A stretch of 64,000 nt of DNA from the human T2T-CHM13v2.0 reference genome, Homo sapiens, in NCBI RefSeq assembly GCF_009914755.1, contig NC_060931.1. One strand, written 5' to 3'. The notes under the pieces are model-generated. The model searched no databases. It worked only from the letters and a program-made list of their open reading frames with translations, and was not told the origin of the DNA. Within the stretch, counting starts at the first letter, position 1; each line of letters opens with the position of its first letter. A program made the position numbers and the translations under genes. Below, in pieces: positions 31,928-47,073 of this stretch.

Positions 31928-32466
31928 TAGGAGTCAGCCAACTTTGTTTATAAAGAAAATGTAGGCCCGGTGTGGTGGCTCATCATGCCTGTAATCCCAG
32001 CACTTTGGGAGGAAGGCTGAGGCGGGCAGATCACTTGAGGTCAGGAGTTCGAGACCAACCTGGCCAACATAGTGAAACTCCATCTCTAATAAAAATACTA
32101 AAATTAGCGGGGTGTGGTGGCGGGGGCCTGTAATCTCAGGTACTCAGGAAGCTGAGGCAGGAGAATCTCTTGAACCCGGGAGGTGGAGGTTGCAGTGAGT
32201 CGAGCCTGGGCGACTGCACTCCAGCCTGGGCGACAGGGTGAGACTCCATCTCAAAAAAAAAAAAAGAAGATATAAAGTAAATATTTTAATTTTTATATAA
32301 AGTAAATATTTGAGGTTTGCAAGGCACATACAGCCTCTGTCAGATATTCTTCTTTGCTTGTTTACTCATTTGCAACCTTTTAAAAATGCAAAGACTGTCC
32401 CTAAAACAGGTTTGTGAGCTAAATGTGGCCAGATTGGGCCTACCAGCCACAGTTACCCAACCCCTA
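31928..32466. mobile_element. MER58-like DNA transposon interrupted by an Alu
   Basis: ggagtcagccaacttt...agtaaatatttgaggtttgc...cagttacccaacccct. Confidence 0.6.
31964..32268 (+). mobile_element. Alu (AluS)
   Basis: Sense Alu consensus. Confidence 0.92.
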
Positions 32467-32551
32467 ATCTAGGCAGATACTATATTTTCTTCTTAAGTCT
32501 CTGTAGTCACCTTCAATTTGGAACATTTCCACAGTCTTCCTTTGTCTTTTA

Positions 32552-32920
<369 letters not shown>

Positions 32921-33569
32921 AGAAATGGTTTTTGTTTTATATTTGCCTGATTTTTCCTTGTGGCTAGATTGAGGTTGTATGTCCTCAGATGGAATACTGT
33001 GTTGGCGACGTGTCCTTTTCAGCGTGTCACACTTGGTACCCGGTGTCCACATCTCCCTCGTTAGTGGTGATGATTTTGTTCAGCCAACTACTTTGACCCA
33101 GTTCTTCTGTTTCTCTCCTTTGCACCTGATAAGCTATCTATGAAAAGGTACCTTAAGACAATGCAGTATCTCGCTTCTTACCAAAATTTCCCCATTGACT
33201 TAGCACTTATTGATGGTTCCTGCCTGATAAAATGTTTTATTGATTGTAAAATAGTGATTTTTGTAAGTGTACCACTCCTTCCACATTTGCCTTCAGCATT
33301 CTATTGTAAACAAAAGCCCTCCCTTTCCTCCCATTTATATGTTTATTTATCAGTACGGACTCAGGAATTCTACTCTTTGTCCCAGTGGGTCATTATTCAT
33401 TACTGTACTGATTTTAAACCACTCTTCTAGACTCCCTGTTCCTCTCTCTCTGTCTCTCCGTTCTCTCTAATTAAATCCCTCATATCCTTATTCAAAATTG
33501 ATACTAATAGTATTGCTTTCAAGGCCATTATCAACATTAAAAGTAACATATTTAAAGTACCTAGAAGGA

Positions 33570-33690
33570 TTCCAGCCTGGGCGACAGAGCGAGAACCCAT
33601 CAAGAAAGAAAGAGAGAGAGAAAGAGAAGAAGAGAAGAGAGGGAGGGAGGATGGAAGGAAAGAAGGAAGGAAAAAGAAGAAAGAAAGAAC
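33570..33690 (+). repeat. Alu 3' stub with GA-rich tail
   Basis: tccagcctgggcgacagagcgaga followed by a purine tract. Confidence 0.7.
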
Positions 33691-33994
33691 TTAGAAGGGA
33701 ACCTGAAGTGAAGTAGGCAGTTAATAAATAGTTGTTACTGCTGCTTTTATTGGTCTTCCCCCACCCACAAGGAGCTCGCGGTTTAGTGGGGAAAATGACT
33801 GAAAATCAGTGTGATCAGTGCAAAACCAGACATGGCACCAAGTGTGCGCCAGGACAAAGGAGAGAATCTGAGATAGACCCTCATTATTCTCTATAATGTT
33901 TGTTGAATACCCATGTGTGTCAGGCACATGGGTATTCTGAGAATACAGAGGGCTGGGTACTCTGAGAATACAAAGATGAGTAAACAATGGTCCC

Positions 33995-34347
33995 TGTATT
34001 TGTCCGCTTTCACGCTGCTGATAAAGACATACCCGAGACTGGGTAATTTATAAAGGAAAAGAGGTTTAATGGACTCACAGTTCCACATGGCTGGGGAGGC
34101 CTCACAATAATGGTGGAAGGCACCTCTTACATGGTGTTAGACGAGAGAAAAGAGGGCCAAGCGAAAGAGGAAACTCCTTATAAAACCATCGGATCTCATG
34201 AGCCTTATTCACTACCACAAGAACAGTATGGGGGAAACCACCCCATGATTCAGTTATCTCCCACCAGGTCCTTCCCACAATACGTGGGAATTACGGGAAC
34301 TGCCATTCAAGGTGAGATTTGGGTGGGGACACAGTCAAACCATATCA
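33995..34347 (-). mobile_element. THE1 MaLR solo LTR
   Basis: Minus strand begins TGATATGGTTTGACTGTGTCCCCACCCAAATCTC; 5-bp TSD gtccc/gttcc. Confidence 0.92.
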
Positions 34348-34887
34348 GTTCCTGCCTTCAAGAATGGGCTAACAGAAAACGACAAATATCTCAACAAAAA
34401 AAGTGCTGAGAAGTGTAATCAGAGCTATGGTGGAAGAATGGAATGGAGCTCAATGGGTGCATTCTGAGGACTACTTGGTCCCATCAGGAGAGGCTTCACA
34501 GAGGAGGCACCATTTAACTGGATCTTAAATGATGGCTGAAGTAGGAAAAACATTTAAGCAGAAACAGTACAAGCAGAGGTCCAAGGAAAAGCACGGAGAC
34601 ATGGCACATTGAGAACCACAAGTAGTTTGGGATGGCTGAAGGTCAAGAGAAGGGTTGCAGGGAAAGGAGATTATTAGGCAGGGTTAAGATCACAGATAGC
34701 ATTGAATGGCATCCTAAATGTCATTTTCTCTATTTCCCTAAAGGGCATGGGGAGGCACTGAAGAGCTTTAGGTAGGGGAGTGCCACAGTGAAGATTTGTG
34801 TTTCAGAAAAAATTGTCTGGCAGCATTACAGGGGATGGATTGAAAAGCTGCAAGACAGAGAAACCAGTTAAAACACTGTTGCGATAG

Positions 34888-35008
34888 CCAGCTGTGGTGT
34901 TGTGTGCCTGTAGTCTTGGCTACTCGGGAGGCTGAGGCGGGAGACTCACTTGAGTGCAGGAATTCTAGCTCAGCCTGGACAACAGAGTGAGACCCTCCTC
35001 CATTTCTA

Positions 35009-35041
<33 letters not shown>

Positions 35042-35043
35042 AC
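34888..35043 (+). mobile_element. Alu right-arm monomer with (AAC)n tail
   Basis: Right arm only; aac repeats at 35010-35043. Confidence 0.8.
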
Positions 35044-36002
35044 CTGTTATAACCCTCAGGTCCAGCAACTGTTTCACCCTCAGGTCTAGCAATCTGAGGG
35101 TGAAATGGGGGTCTGAGACAAAGGCTGTGATGAATGAGAGTGGTGAGTGGTAGACCTGGCAAAGTATTAAATGAGGACCATTAACGAGTGTGCAGGTTCA
35201 GGCATGACTCCCTGGCCTCTAACCTGGGAAATGAGTGATTGTGATGGTGTCGTCCATGGAGATGATGTTACTTGCATATTTATTTTTCATGTAGGTAGAG
35301 AGTGAATGGGTTGACTCGGTGACGTCAGGAAGAAATTCCAGCAAAGATATAGATATCAAATTATGGAGTCCAGATTATGAGAAGTTGTCCTTAGAATGCC
35401 CAGAGTGAGACAGATGGTCAAGCATCCAAAATGCTTTGAAATTAATTACTTAAACACCAGATATACCCTAACGTGGAGGTTTCCAACTTGCACATTCATA
35501 GTGCTCTAGTGCCTCAATAGCTTTTTCACAAGACCTGTAGGTCAAAAGAGATACCTAGCAGTTCTATTTGTTATGACATCATTGAAAGAAGTGTGACACA
35601 GCCTAACGTTGAAACTGGGAACTATCTCAAGCTAGCAGTTGTTGAAATGCCCAACAGATGTCCAGTGTCACTGCGTTCCTCTTTAAAATTCAAGATACCC
35701 TGCAGTGTCCCAGTGAGTACTCTGTTCCCACTGCTTGGGAACCATGGCCACGAAGAAATAATACAGAAACCCATCCAAAAAGCAAAACAAGGCTCATTTA
35801 GATTCCTTCCAATTATGTGTTTTCTGGCGCTTCTTTTCCTTTTCGTTGTTGATCTCGGAGTATGCAGATCTTGTCATTTTCCAGTCATGGCCTCTGTATT
35901 CTTATACTAGTGTCTAGTGAAAGAAATGAAAATATGGTACCACTTCTTAGGAAGTAGTCACTTCTCAGGCCTGGTCCATTGGCCCTGTCTTTAAGCTCCT
36001 GA

Positions 36003-36394
<392 letters not shown>

Positions 36395-36524
36395 TCAATT
36401 TCTACTAATAATCCCGGGACTTCTGAAAGAGAGTGCAAACTGCTGCAGTCATGTTGAATGAAGGACTACTTTCCTATTCTTACACCAAGACAGCCACAAA
36501 AGAAAACTGAATACCAAGTCTTTA

Positions 36525-39500
36525 CTTTAAAACAATTATAGATTCACAGGAAGCTGCAAAATGGTACAGAAAGGTCTCAGGTACCCTTCATGTAGTTTTC
36601 CCCAGTGATAACGTCTTACGTGATCATAGTACGTTATCAAAATCAGGAAATAGACATTGGTACAACCCATAGACCTTATTCAGATTTCACCAATTTTAAA
36701 TGCATTCACATGTGTGTGTTTAGTTCTGTGCTGTTTTGTGTTTAGATTTATGTAGCCATCACCACGACCCAGATAGAAAACTGTTCTATCACCACAAAGA
36801 TCTTTCTCATGCTATTCCTTTGTAGTCCGATACCAACTATCCCTAGCCTCTGGCGACCGCTAATCTCCTCCATCTCTGTAGTTTCCTCATTGGAAGAAGG
36901 ATATATAAACAGAAGTTTACTCTATCTGACGATAATAGAGCCACTTCGGCTTTCTTTTGATCAGTGTTTGCATGGTATATGTTTTTCTGTCCTTTGCCTT
37001 TCAACCTGCCTGTATCATTATATTTGAAGTGTTTCTTATAGGCAACATACAGTTGTCATACTTTTTTAGTCTTCTATGCCAATCTATTTTAGAATTCCAT
37101 TTTTATTTCTCTGTACTGTTGTTGAGTGCGTCTCTTCGTATAGACTTTTTAGTGGTTGATTTACATATTACATTATGCATATATAATATATCACAGTCTA
37201 CTGGTGTCGGCATGTTAGCAGTTTGAGTGAAATGTGGAAACTTTACCTCTCTTAAATCTCTTTTCCCTCCCTTACTTAGAATATCTTAGGTGTTTCCTGC
37301 ACCCACAGTGAAAATCACATGGCATCATATTACAATTTTTGCTTCAACTATCAAAGGTAACTTAGAAAACTCAAGAGAAGAAGAGTTTATTGTATTTACT
37401 CATATTCTTACTCCTTCTGTTGTTCGTTCTTTCTTCCAGATGGTCCAGGTTTCCTTTGGAATCTTCCCCATCTGTTTGAAGAACTTCCTTTAGCAATTCT
37501 CTTAGAGCCAGTGTGATAGCAACCAGTCCTCTTAGTTTTCCTTCATCTGCCACTGTCTTGGTTTCCTCTCCATTCCTGAAGGATGTTTTTGGCAGGTAAA
37601 GTATTCTGGATTGACAGCTCTTTTCTTTCCTTCTGGCTTCTCTGGTATCTGATGAAAAATTCTTTGTCATTTGATTGTTTTTCTCCTTTAGGTAAGATGT
37701 TTCTCTCCCTGCTTTCAAGATTTTTAAAAATATTCAGGTCTTGAGTTTTCAGAAGTTTGATTACAGGTTGCCTTGGACTGGATTTCTTTGGGTCTGTTGT
37801 TTTGGAGGCATGCTCAGCTTCCTGAATCTGCAGGTATATGCCCTTTACAAATTGGGGGAATTTCTAGTTGTTCTCCAGATACTTTTTTCAGCCTCATCTT
37901 ATTTCTCTTTTCTTTTTAGATCTCTGATGACACAAATGTTAGATTTTTTTTTGTTATGGTCCCACAGGTATCTGAGGCTTTGTTTGTTTCTCTTTTAGTC
38001 TCTCTGTTTTTTAGACTCTTGTTCTAACTTTAGATTGATTCATTCTGTCTTTTTACTCTTCCATTCTGTTGAACCATTTATTATTTTAGTTATTGTATTT
38101 TTCAGTTCTAAAATTTCCATTTGATTATTTTCCTATTTCTATTTAACTATTTCTCCTTCCTCCCTCCCTTCCTTCCTTCCTCCCTCCCTTCCTTCTTCTC
38201 TTTTTTTATTTTCCTTCTTCTTCTTCCTCTTCCTCTTCCTCTTCTTCTTCTTCTTCTTTCTTCTTCCTTCTTCCTTCTTTCTTCTTCTTCTTTTCTTTTT
38301 TTTTTTGAGAGAGAGAATCTCACTCTGTCATCCAGGCTGGAATCCAATGGCACAATCTCGGCTCACTGCAACCTCCACCTCCGAGTTCAAGTGATTCTCC
38401 TGCCTCAGCCTCCTGAGTAGCTGGGATTACAGGCGTGTACCACCATGCCCAGCTAATTTTCTCATTTTTATTAGAGATGGGGTTTCACCATGTTGGCCAG
38501 GCTGGTCTTGAACTCCTGGCTTCCAGTGATCCACCCACCTCCACCTCCCTGGGATTACAGGCATGAGCCACCACGCCCAGCCAACTTTCTATTTATCATG
38601 TCCGTTTTTAATTGCCCATTGAAGCACATTTGTGATGGCTACTTTAAAATCTTAATCAGATAATACCAACGCACATACCACGTTGGCATCTTTTGATTGT
38701 CTTTTCTCATTCAAGTTGAGATTTTCCTGTTTCTTGGTATGATAAGTGATTTTCAGTTGTTTCCCAGACATTTTGGGTGTTATGTTAGGAGACTCTGGAT
38801 CTTATTTATTAATAAATCTTCTGTCTTAGCCAGCCTCCTTTGACACTGCACTGTGGGGATGGCATGAGAGGGTGTTACCTCCTTACTTCCAGGGAGAGGT
38901 AAAAGTCCATTTCCCCCCTCAGCTTCTATTGACCTATTGTAGGAAGGGTGCCTTGTTACTGCCAAGTAGGGGCAGAAGTTCTGGCTCCCGTCAGCCTCCT
39001 GTGATACCATTCTGATGAGGAAGGGAGAGCCATCTTGTGACTGTTCCCCCCTTAGACTCCACTGACATTATAGGATGGAGGCGGGGGGGGGGCCTTATTG
39101 CTGCTGGGTGGTGGCAGAAGTCCTGGTTCTCCACTAAGCTTCTTCTGACACCACTCAAGTGTATGGGGGAGAGGTGCCTTGTTACTGCTAGGTGGAGTGA
39201 AAGTCCAGGCTCCCTGTGTAGTCTGTATGACATTACAGCTGGAGGGGAGGAGGAGGGCAGGATTCCCCGCTCACCTTCTCTGATACCGCCCTGGTAGTAG
39301 GAGTCAAGAAGAGTGCCTCATTATAACCAGGTGAAGGTGGGAATCTAGGTTCCCCACTCAGTATTTGCTGACCGGATGGGAATGAGGCCCGTTTTTCTCA
39401 TGGCCTAGGTTGGTTATTGTCTAAAAATTTTCTGTCTTGCTAGGCTGCCCTGTTCCTGCTGTCCTAAGAGAGCAGCCTTTACTTGGGACTCTTTTTTTTT

Positions 39501-39755
39501 TAATCCAATAATTGTCCGCAGCCATTGGTGTTTCTGGCTTGCAGCCCAGTCCAGGATATCTGAGCCAAAAATAAAACTCAAGAAAGCCACCACCATGTTG
39601 TTCCTCAGATCCCAAGGCCCCTAGCCAGTGTGCCTTCTTATCTCTACCTTTGAGAATCTTTTTGCTTGCCTTATATGTAATATCCTCTATTTTTAGCTGT
39701 ACTTAGCAGGCAGAATAGGGAGAGGCACGTCTACTCCATCTTGTCCAGAACCAGA
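36525..39755 (-). mobile_element. Old L1 (L1MC/MD-type): 3'UTR piece, ORF1 and 5' region
   Basis: Minus ORF 37371-37718 (NFSSDTREARR..CQSRILYLPKTSFRNGEETKT..LRELLKEVL) resembles the ORF1p C-terminal domain. Confidence 0.8.
38150..38582 (-). mobile_element. Alu with long pyrimidine (CTT/CCTT) tail at 38150-38305
   Basis: Antisense Alu consensus plus simple repeat. Confidence 0.9.
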
Positions 39756-40044
39756 CATTATACCACTGTAGAGTTGGGGTTCACATCTCCTAGTGAACAG
39801 TAATGCCAATCCAGATGGGACTATTTGATATTGGTAGATTATTTCCAGGTGAACTCATTTTCTTTATTTAATTGAAAGGTGTCGCCCAGTTAAGGTTGTA
39901 TGGCTGCTCTTGCAGTGTTACTGGAAAGAATTTCCTGACACATGAAAACATCTTTTCCTAATCCTAATCAGATCTCATCAGATCCCATTTAATAAATGGC
40001 TAGCAATTTACTCTAAGGGTACTAGTGTTGAAAAGCAGAGATGT

Positions 40045-40319
40045 GGCCAGGCACGGTGGCTCACACCTGTAATCTCAGCACTTTGGGACGCCAAGGCAGG
40101 TGGATCACCTTAGGTCAGGAGTTCGAGACCAGCCTGGCCAACATGGTGAAACCCCATCTTTACTAAAAATACAAAACTTAGCTGGGTGTGGTGGCTGGCA
40201 CCTGTAATCACAACTACTTGGGAGGCGGAGGCAGAAGAATTGCTTGAACCTGGGAGGCAGAGGTTGCAGTGAGCCAAGATCGTGCCACTGGGCGACAAAA
40301 TGAGACTCTGTCTCAAACA

Positions 40320-40362
<43 letters not shown>

Positions 40363-40363
40363 A
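40045..40363 (+). mobile_element. Alu (AluS) with (TAAA)n tail
   Basis: TSD aagcagagatgt. Confidence 0.93.
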
Positions 40364-41318
40364 ATGAAGCAGAGATGTAACTAAAAGACAAGGGAAAGAA
40401 GCAGAAAAGGAGCAAAACAAACCCTAAAGACTAGAAGAATACACTAAAATGATCATACAATCCATACATAACCGAGGGCAGATATCAACTACTCAACATC
40501 TTCCTTGTTTATGCCGCTAATTCCAAGCTTATTGTTTCTCTACATTTTGGAACATGTGACATATCACATAACATGCAAGAGAAACACCTAATCATTTTAT
40601 TGGATTTGTAATGGCCTTCACAATCGGTTCCTTTTTCACTTCATTTCATGCTCCCTCCCTGGGCTTTTAAACGGTACTGCCATATTCCTTCTTTCTTCTG
40701 TGCATTTATTTGCTCAAGGTATTTCTTTGGCCAGAAACGCCCTCCTTTCCCTACCCACCCCAATTCACCTTGTGTAGTTCCACTCTTTAAAATTGTAAAA
40801 CAAACTTCTTTTCCTTTGAGACTACTTCTGTCAGATCTGTATGTACATATACCAAGCATGCCTCCTCCAGGAAGCTGTGAGTTCCTAGAACACCAGGACC
40901 GTTACTCCCAGTACTTTCTAGAGTAACTGGTACATATCAGATTCTCCGTGTGCTTAGTGGATCAATAGCCCCCTTTCCTTCATCCGCTTTCCTTTCTCAT
41001 TGTCTTCCCTTCTGGAATCAGAAACTTTGTTCCATCTTCTTTGCTAGTTTTGGTACCTACCAACCTTCTTCCTTATCATTCATTCACTCCATTTATTCAG
41101 TAAATATTTACCAGGCTGAGTTTGCTATTTTGTATGTCATCAGTGACCTGCTAATTGTTAAATCCAGTGACCTTTTCTCATTCACCATACCTTCCTTTTT
41201 CTGCAGCAGGAAACTGATGCCATCCATGCTTGGTGAAAGTCATCCCTATCTACTGTACTGTACTTTTTTGATTATAGTAAAATTGGCTAGCAGAAATAAG
41301 AATATTGTTACAAAGTAG

Positions 41319-41716
<398 letters not shown>

Positions 41717-41742
41717 CACTTCACAAATTTAAAATACCCTCT

Positions 41743-42035
41743 GGCTGGTGTGGTGGCTCACATCTGTAATCCCAGCACTTTGGGAGGTGGAGGTGGGAGG
41801 GTCACTTGAGGCCAGGAGTTTGAGACTAGCCTGGGCAATGTAATGAAACCCCATCTCTACAAAAATTAGCCAGATGTGGTGGCGTGTGCCCATGTAGTCC
41901 CAACTACTTGCGAGGCTGAGGCAAGAGGATCGCTTGAGCCTGGGAGACAGTGGTTGCAGTGAGCAGAGATTGTGCCACCGCACCCCAGCCTGGGGAACAG
42001 AGCCAGACCTTGTCTAAATAAAATAAAATAACAAA
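41743..42035 (+). mobile_element. AluJ
   Basis: Sense Alu consensus. Confidence 0.9.
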
Positions 42036-42107
42036 ACATACCATCTGATTCATGATACCACATAATCCAAAATGTAAAGTGATTCTTTTAAAAAAAACCC
42101 ACAACCA

Positions 42108-42462
<355 letters not shown>

Positions 42463-42775
42463 TTAAAGATCCCGCATTAAATTTGTAAGATTTTCACAAC
42501 ATGATATAGCCTCTGGAGAGTGTCTTATGATCTGTATCACCCTATTCATACCTGGAATACTTTGTGGTCGTTGGCAGTGCAGTGATATTGTCATTGTCAT
42601 ATTCTATGCCACATGCGAATCATTTCTTAATTGTAGTGAAATATTTTTGAAAATGGATGATTTATTTAAATATCCTTCTGAGTTTTGTCATGTAGATATT
42701 ATGTCAGAGTCTAGAGAGTGGAGCTTCTGCATTTGATAAGAGGCAGGCTACTTAGTGGCTAGGATAGTAAGTATG

Positions 42776-42820
42776 ACTTTCAGTGGCAAAGACCGCAATT
42801 ACTTTTGCACCAACATAATA
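42776..42820. mobile_element. Half MADE1 (Hsmar1-derived MITE)
   Basis: actttcagtggcaaagaccgcaattacttttgcaccaacataata corresponds to one MADE1 terminal inverted repeat. Confidence 0.85.
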
Positions 42821-43260
42821 GAAGGGTGCAGAAAGCTCAATGACCTTGGCTTTGAGCAGCGGAAAGACAAATCCCACTCACATTCAGGTAAATGAGCCTG
42901 CATGTTTTAGTTTCAGGGTTGAGCTAGAGGGACAAGGAGATGACCACAGTTGCCTACAGGGGAGGGTGGGCCTCTGTGCTTTGGAGGGGGTGGCTGGGAG
43001 AAGGTGGTACAGTCAGCTGTTTCTGGGCTTTCAGCCTAGCAGCTTAAATGTAACCTTGGTCCTATCAGTCTGGAAATTAATTAGACCATGACAATCCAAG
43101 AAGCTTTGATAATTTTAGTGCAGAAACACTGAAATTCCCTCCACATATTGGCAACATCCTAGTACAGCGGGTCACAGGCCAGTGGAAGCTGAGTGATAAG
43201 TGATATATATGGCTTGCAGAATCCACATAGCAGTGTTTCAAAACTTCATTCTTCCTGTAA

Positions 43261-43566
<306 letters not shown>

Positions 43567-44324
43567 AATTATTTTTTTTTTCAATAGACTTTATGTTTTA
43601 CAGAAGTTTTTGATTTACAGAAAAATTGAGACTGTATTATGGAGAGTTCCCATATACCCTAGATTTGTCCTATTAGCATCTTACGTTGGTGTGGTACGTG
43701 TGTTACAATTCGTGAGCCAATATTGATTTGTGATTGTTAACTGAAGTCCACAGTTTATTTAGATTTCCTTAGGTTTTACCTAATGTCCTTTTTCTGTTCT
43801 AGGATCCCATTACATTTAGTTGTCAATTCTCTTTAGGCTCCTCTTGGCGTGGCAGTTCTCAGACTTTCCTTATTTTTGATGACCTTGATAGCTTTGAGGG
43901 GTACTCGAGGGATTTTGTGGAATGCCCTATTATTGAAATTTGTCTGATGTTTTTCTCATGAGACTTGGGTTATGAATTTTTAGGAGGAAGATCACTGAGG
44001 TGAAGTGCCATTTTCATCACATCATGTCAAGGGCACGCACCTACTGCCAGCATGGCTTATGACTAACAATGCTGACCTCGATCCTCCAACTGAGGCAGTA
44101 TTTGTCAGGTTTCTCCACTGTCAAATTACTGCATCTGCTCCTGCTTTTCATACTGTGCTCTTTGGGAGGAAATCACCGTGTGTGGTCCATATCCAAGGGG
44201 CGTAGTGTTAGGCTCCCCGTCCTTGAGGGCAGAGTATCTATGTAAGTTATTTGGAATTCTTCCACACCGAAGGTTTGTCCCTTCTCCCTCATTTATTAAC
44301 GTATTCAGTCATATATCTGTATCA

Positions 44325-44700
44325 CCATCTCTGTCTTTCCATCCTTCTGTGCATCCATCCATCCGTCATCTGTCTATCCATCCATTCGTCCATCCATCCA
44401 TCCATTCATCATCTGTATGTCCATCAGTCATCTGTCATCTGTTTGTCTGTCGTCTGTCCGTCCATCCATCCATCCATCCGTCCATCATCTGTCTGTGTCT
44501 ATCTGTCCAGCTAATCTCTGTCTATTCATCCATCTATCAATCCATCCATCCACCTTCTATCATCTATCTATCCATCTGTCCATCCATCTATCCATCTGTC
44601 CATCCATCTATCCAACCATCCATCCATCCATCCATCCATCATCTGTCTGTCTGTCTTTCTGTGTCTGCCTGCCTGCCTGTCTGTCTATGTGTCTATATCA
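44325..44700. repeat. Degenerate (CCAT/TCTG)n tetranucleotide tract
   Basis: Seen directly. Confidence 0.9.
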
Positions 44701-44844
44701 GTGTGAATGCATGAATATTTATTTTTTACCTAGGGTTATAATCCAGTACTACCTTATTTCTTTTGTTGCTCAAATTGTCCCAGCTTTGGCCATTCGGATC
44801 TCTTTCAGTTGGCTCCTGTGTTACTTTGCCATACCCCCATCAAC

Positions 44845-44846
<2 letters not shown>

Positions 44847-44889
<43 letters not shown>
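44847..44889. repeat. (TG)~21 microsatellite
   Basis: Perfect dinucleotide run. Confidence 0.95.
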
Positions 44890-44892
<3 letters not shown>

Positions 44893-44941
44893 GAGCACTT
44901 TCTTTCTGGCACTACAAGATTCTCCAGGATTATCTCACACA

Positions 44942-45143
44942 CAGATGGTCCCAACTTACAGTGGTTCAACTTGCAGTCTTTTGACTTTATGATAGTGTGA
45001 AAGCGATACAAATTCAGTGGAAACTGTACGTATGCTGCCATGCTGGGCACTGGCAGTAAGCCGCAGCTCTCAGTCAGCCACGTGTTTTTGACTTATTATG
45101 GGTTTATCAGGACATAACCCCATTGTAAGTTGAGGAGCATCTG
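44942..45143. mobile_element. MER47/Tigger-type DNA transposon (internally deleted)
   Basis: Terminal inverted repeats cagatggtcccaacttac...gtaagttgaggagcatctg, followed by TA. Confidence 0.8.
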
Positions 45144-46549
45144 TATTTTCTGCCTCAGCCATGGTTTATTGGAGAATGGTGTTAGAAATCAAGCTCTGGG
45201 GAAGGTATGCTCATTGTTGGGCTGTCTTTTTAGGCCTTCTCAGCTGACAGAGCAGAGAAATACATGTGTGTATCCACATTTCTATATTTCTGTCTATACC
45301 TATATTCAAGTGAACACACTGATGTCTCTAATCCATCTCCCCATGGGTCATTCTAGCCTCCTCCCCTTGCTCATCTGTAAATTCCCAACCCAACAGTGAG
45401 AGACCTGGCTCCCACCCTCAGCCATCCATTTACTTCACTATTCGACTGCAGTGTATATAGCGGCGTTGGAGTTGTTAACCCTGGAGCACAGCGCTATGTG
45501 CAGTTCCTTTTGCCTCTAGTCTTGCAGACTCCACCCGTTTCCAAAATGACTTAGGTCAGCGTCTTTCCCCCTCTATGCCCTTCAGCGAGATTATTTCATA
45601 CATTTGTAATAGAATTCCATTCTCTTATCACAGTCTTCACTCCTTCCTGGGATCTCCTAACTTCTGCATTTAAAAAAATTTGCATACATTAAGATTCAGC
45701 ATTTCAGCTATAAAATGCTATAGATTTTGACAAGTGCATAATGTCATACATTTACCATGACAGTATCACTTAGAATAATTTTCTGCCCTAAAAATGCCCC
45801 TGCACTTCCTCTTTTCGTCCCTCCCGCCAAACTTGGAACTGCTGGCAGCCACTGATTATTGTTCTATATTTATAGTTGTGCCTCTTCCAAGGGTCATATA
45901 ATGGGAAGTATATACTATGTAGTTTTATCAAACTGGCTTCTTTCTTTTTTTTTTAACCTTTTTTTTTTTTAACTTAGCAATATGCATTTAAGATTCTTTC
46001 GTGCATTTTCCTGGCTTGATAGCTCATTTTTTTTTTTTATTGGCAAATAAAACTCCCATTGTGTGGATGTACCACAGTTGGTTTATTCATTCACCTATTG
46101 AAGGACATCTTGGTTGCTTCCAGTTTGGGACAATTATGAACAAAGCTGCTATAAACATTAATGCACAGGTTTTTGTGTGAATATGTTTTCAAATTAGTTG
46201 GGTAAATATCTAAATGCAATTGCTGGATCATATGGTAGGATTATGTTAAGTGTTGTAAAAAACTGTCTTCCAAAGTAGCTGTGCCATTTTGCATTCCCAC
46301 CATTGATGAATGGCTGTTCCTGTTGCTATACATCCTTGCCAGAATTTGGTGTATATCACGGTTTTTTTGTTTTTTTTTGTTTTTTTTGAGGTTTAGCTAT
46401 TCTAATAGATTTGTAGTGGCATATTGCTGTTGCTTTAATTTGAAATTTTCTGATGACAAATAATGATGAGCATCTTTTCATATGCTTATTTGCCATCTGT
46501 GTATTTTGTATTATGATGTGTCTGCTCAGATCTTGTGCCCATTTTTTAA

Positions 46550-47073
<524 letters not shown>

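Noticed and set aside
35794-35877. Minus-strand 27-aa small ORF MTRSAYSEINNEKEKKRQKTHNWKESK in apparently unique sequence
   Set aside because: No recognisable homology, promoter or splice support; this length is expected by chance.
42776-42820. Possible miR-548-family hairpin
   Set aside because: Only one MADE1 arm is present, so it cannot form the precursor hairpin.
44178-44992. 178- and 191-aa IHPS-rich ORFs
   Set aside because: Products of (CCAT)n and (TG)n repeats inside an L1.
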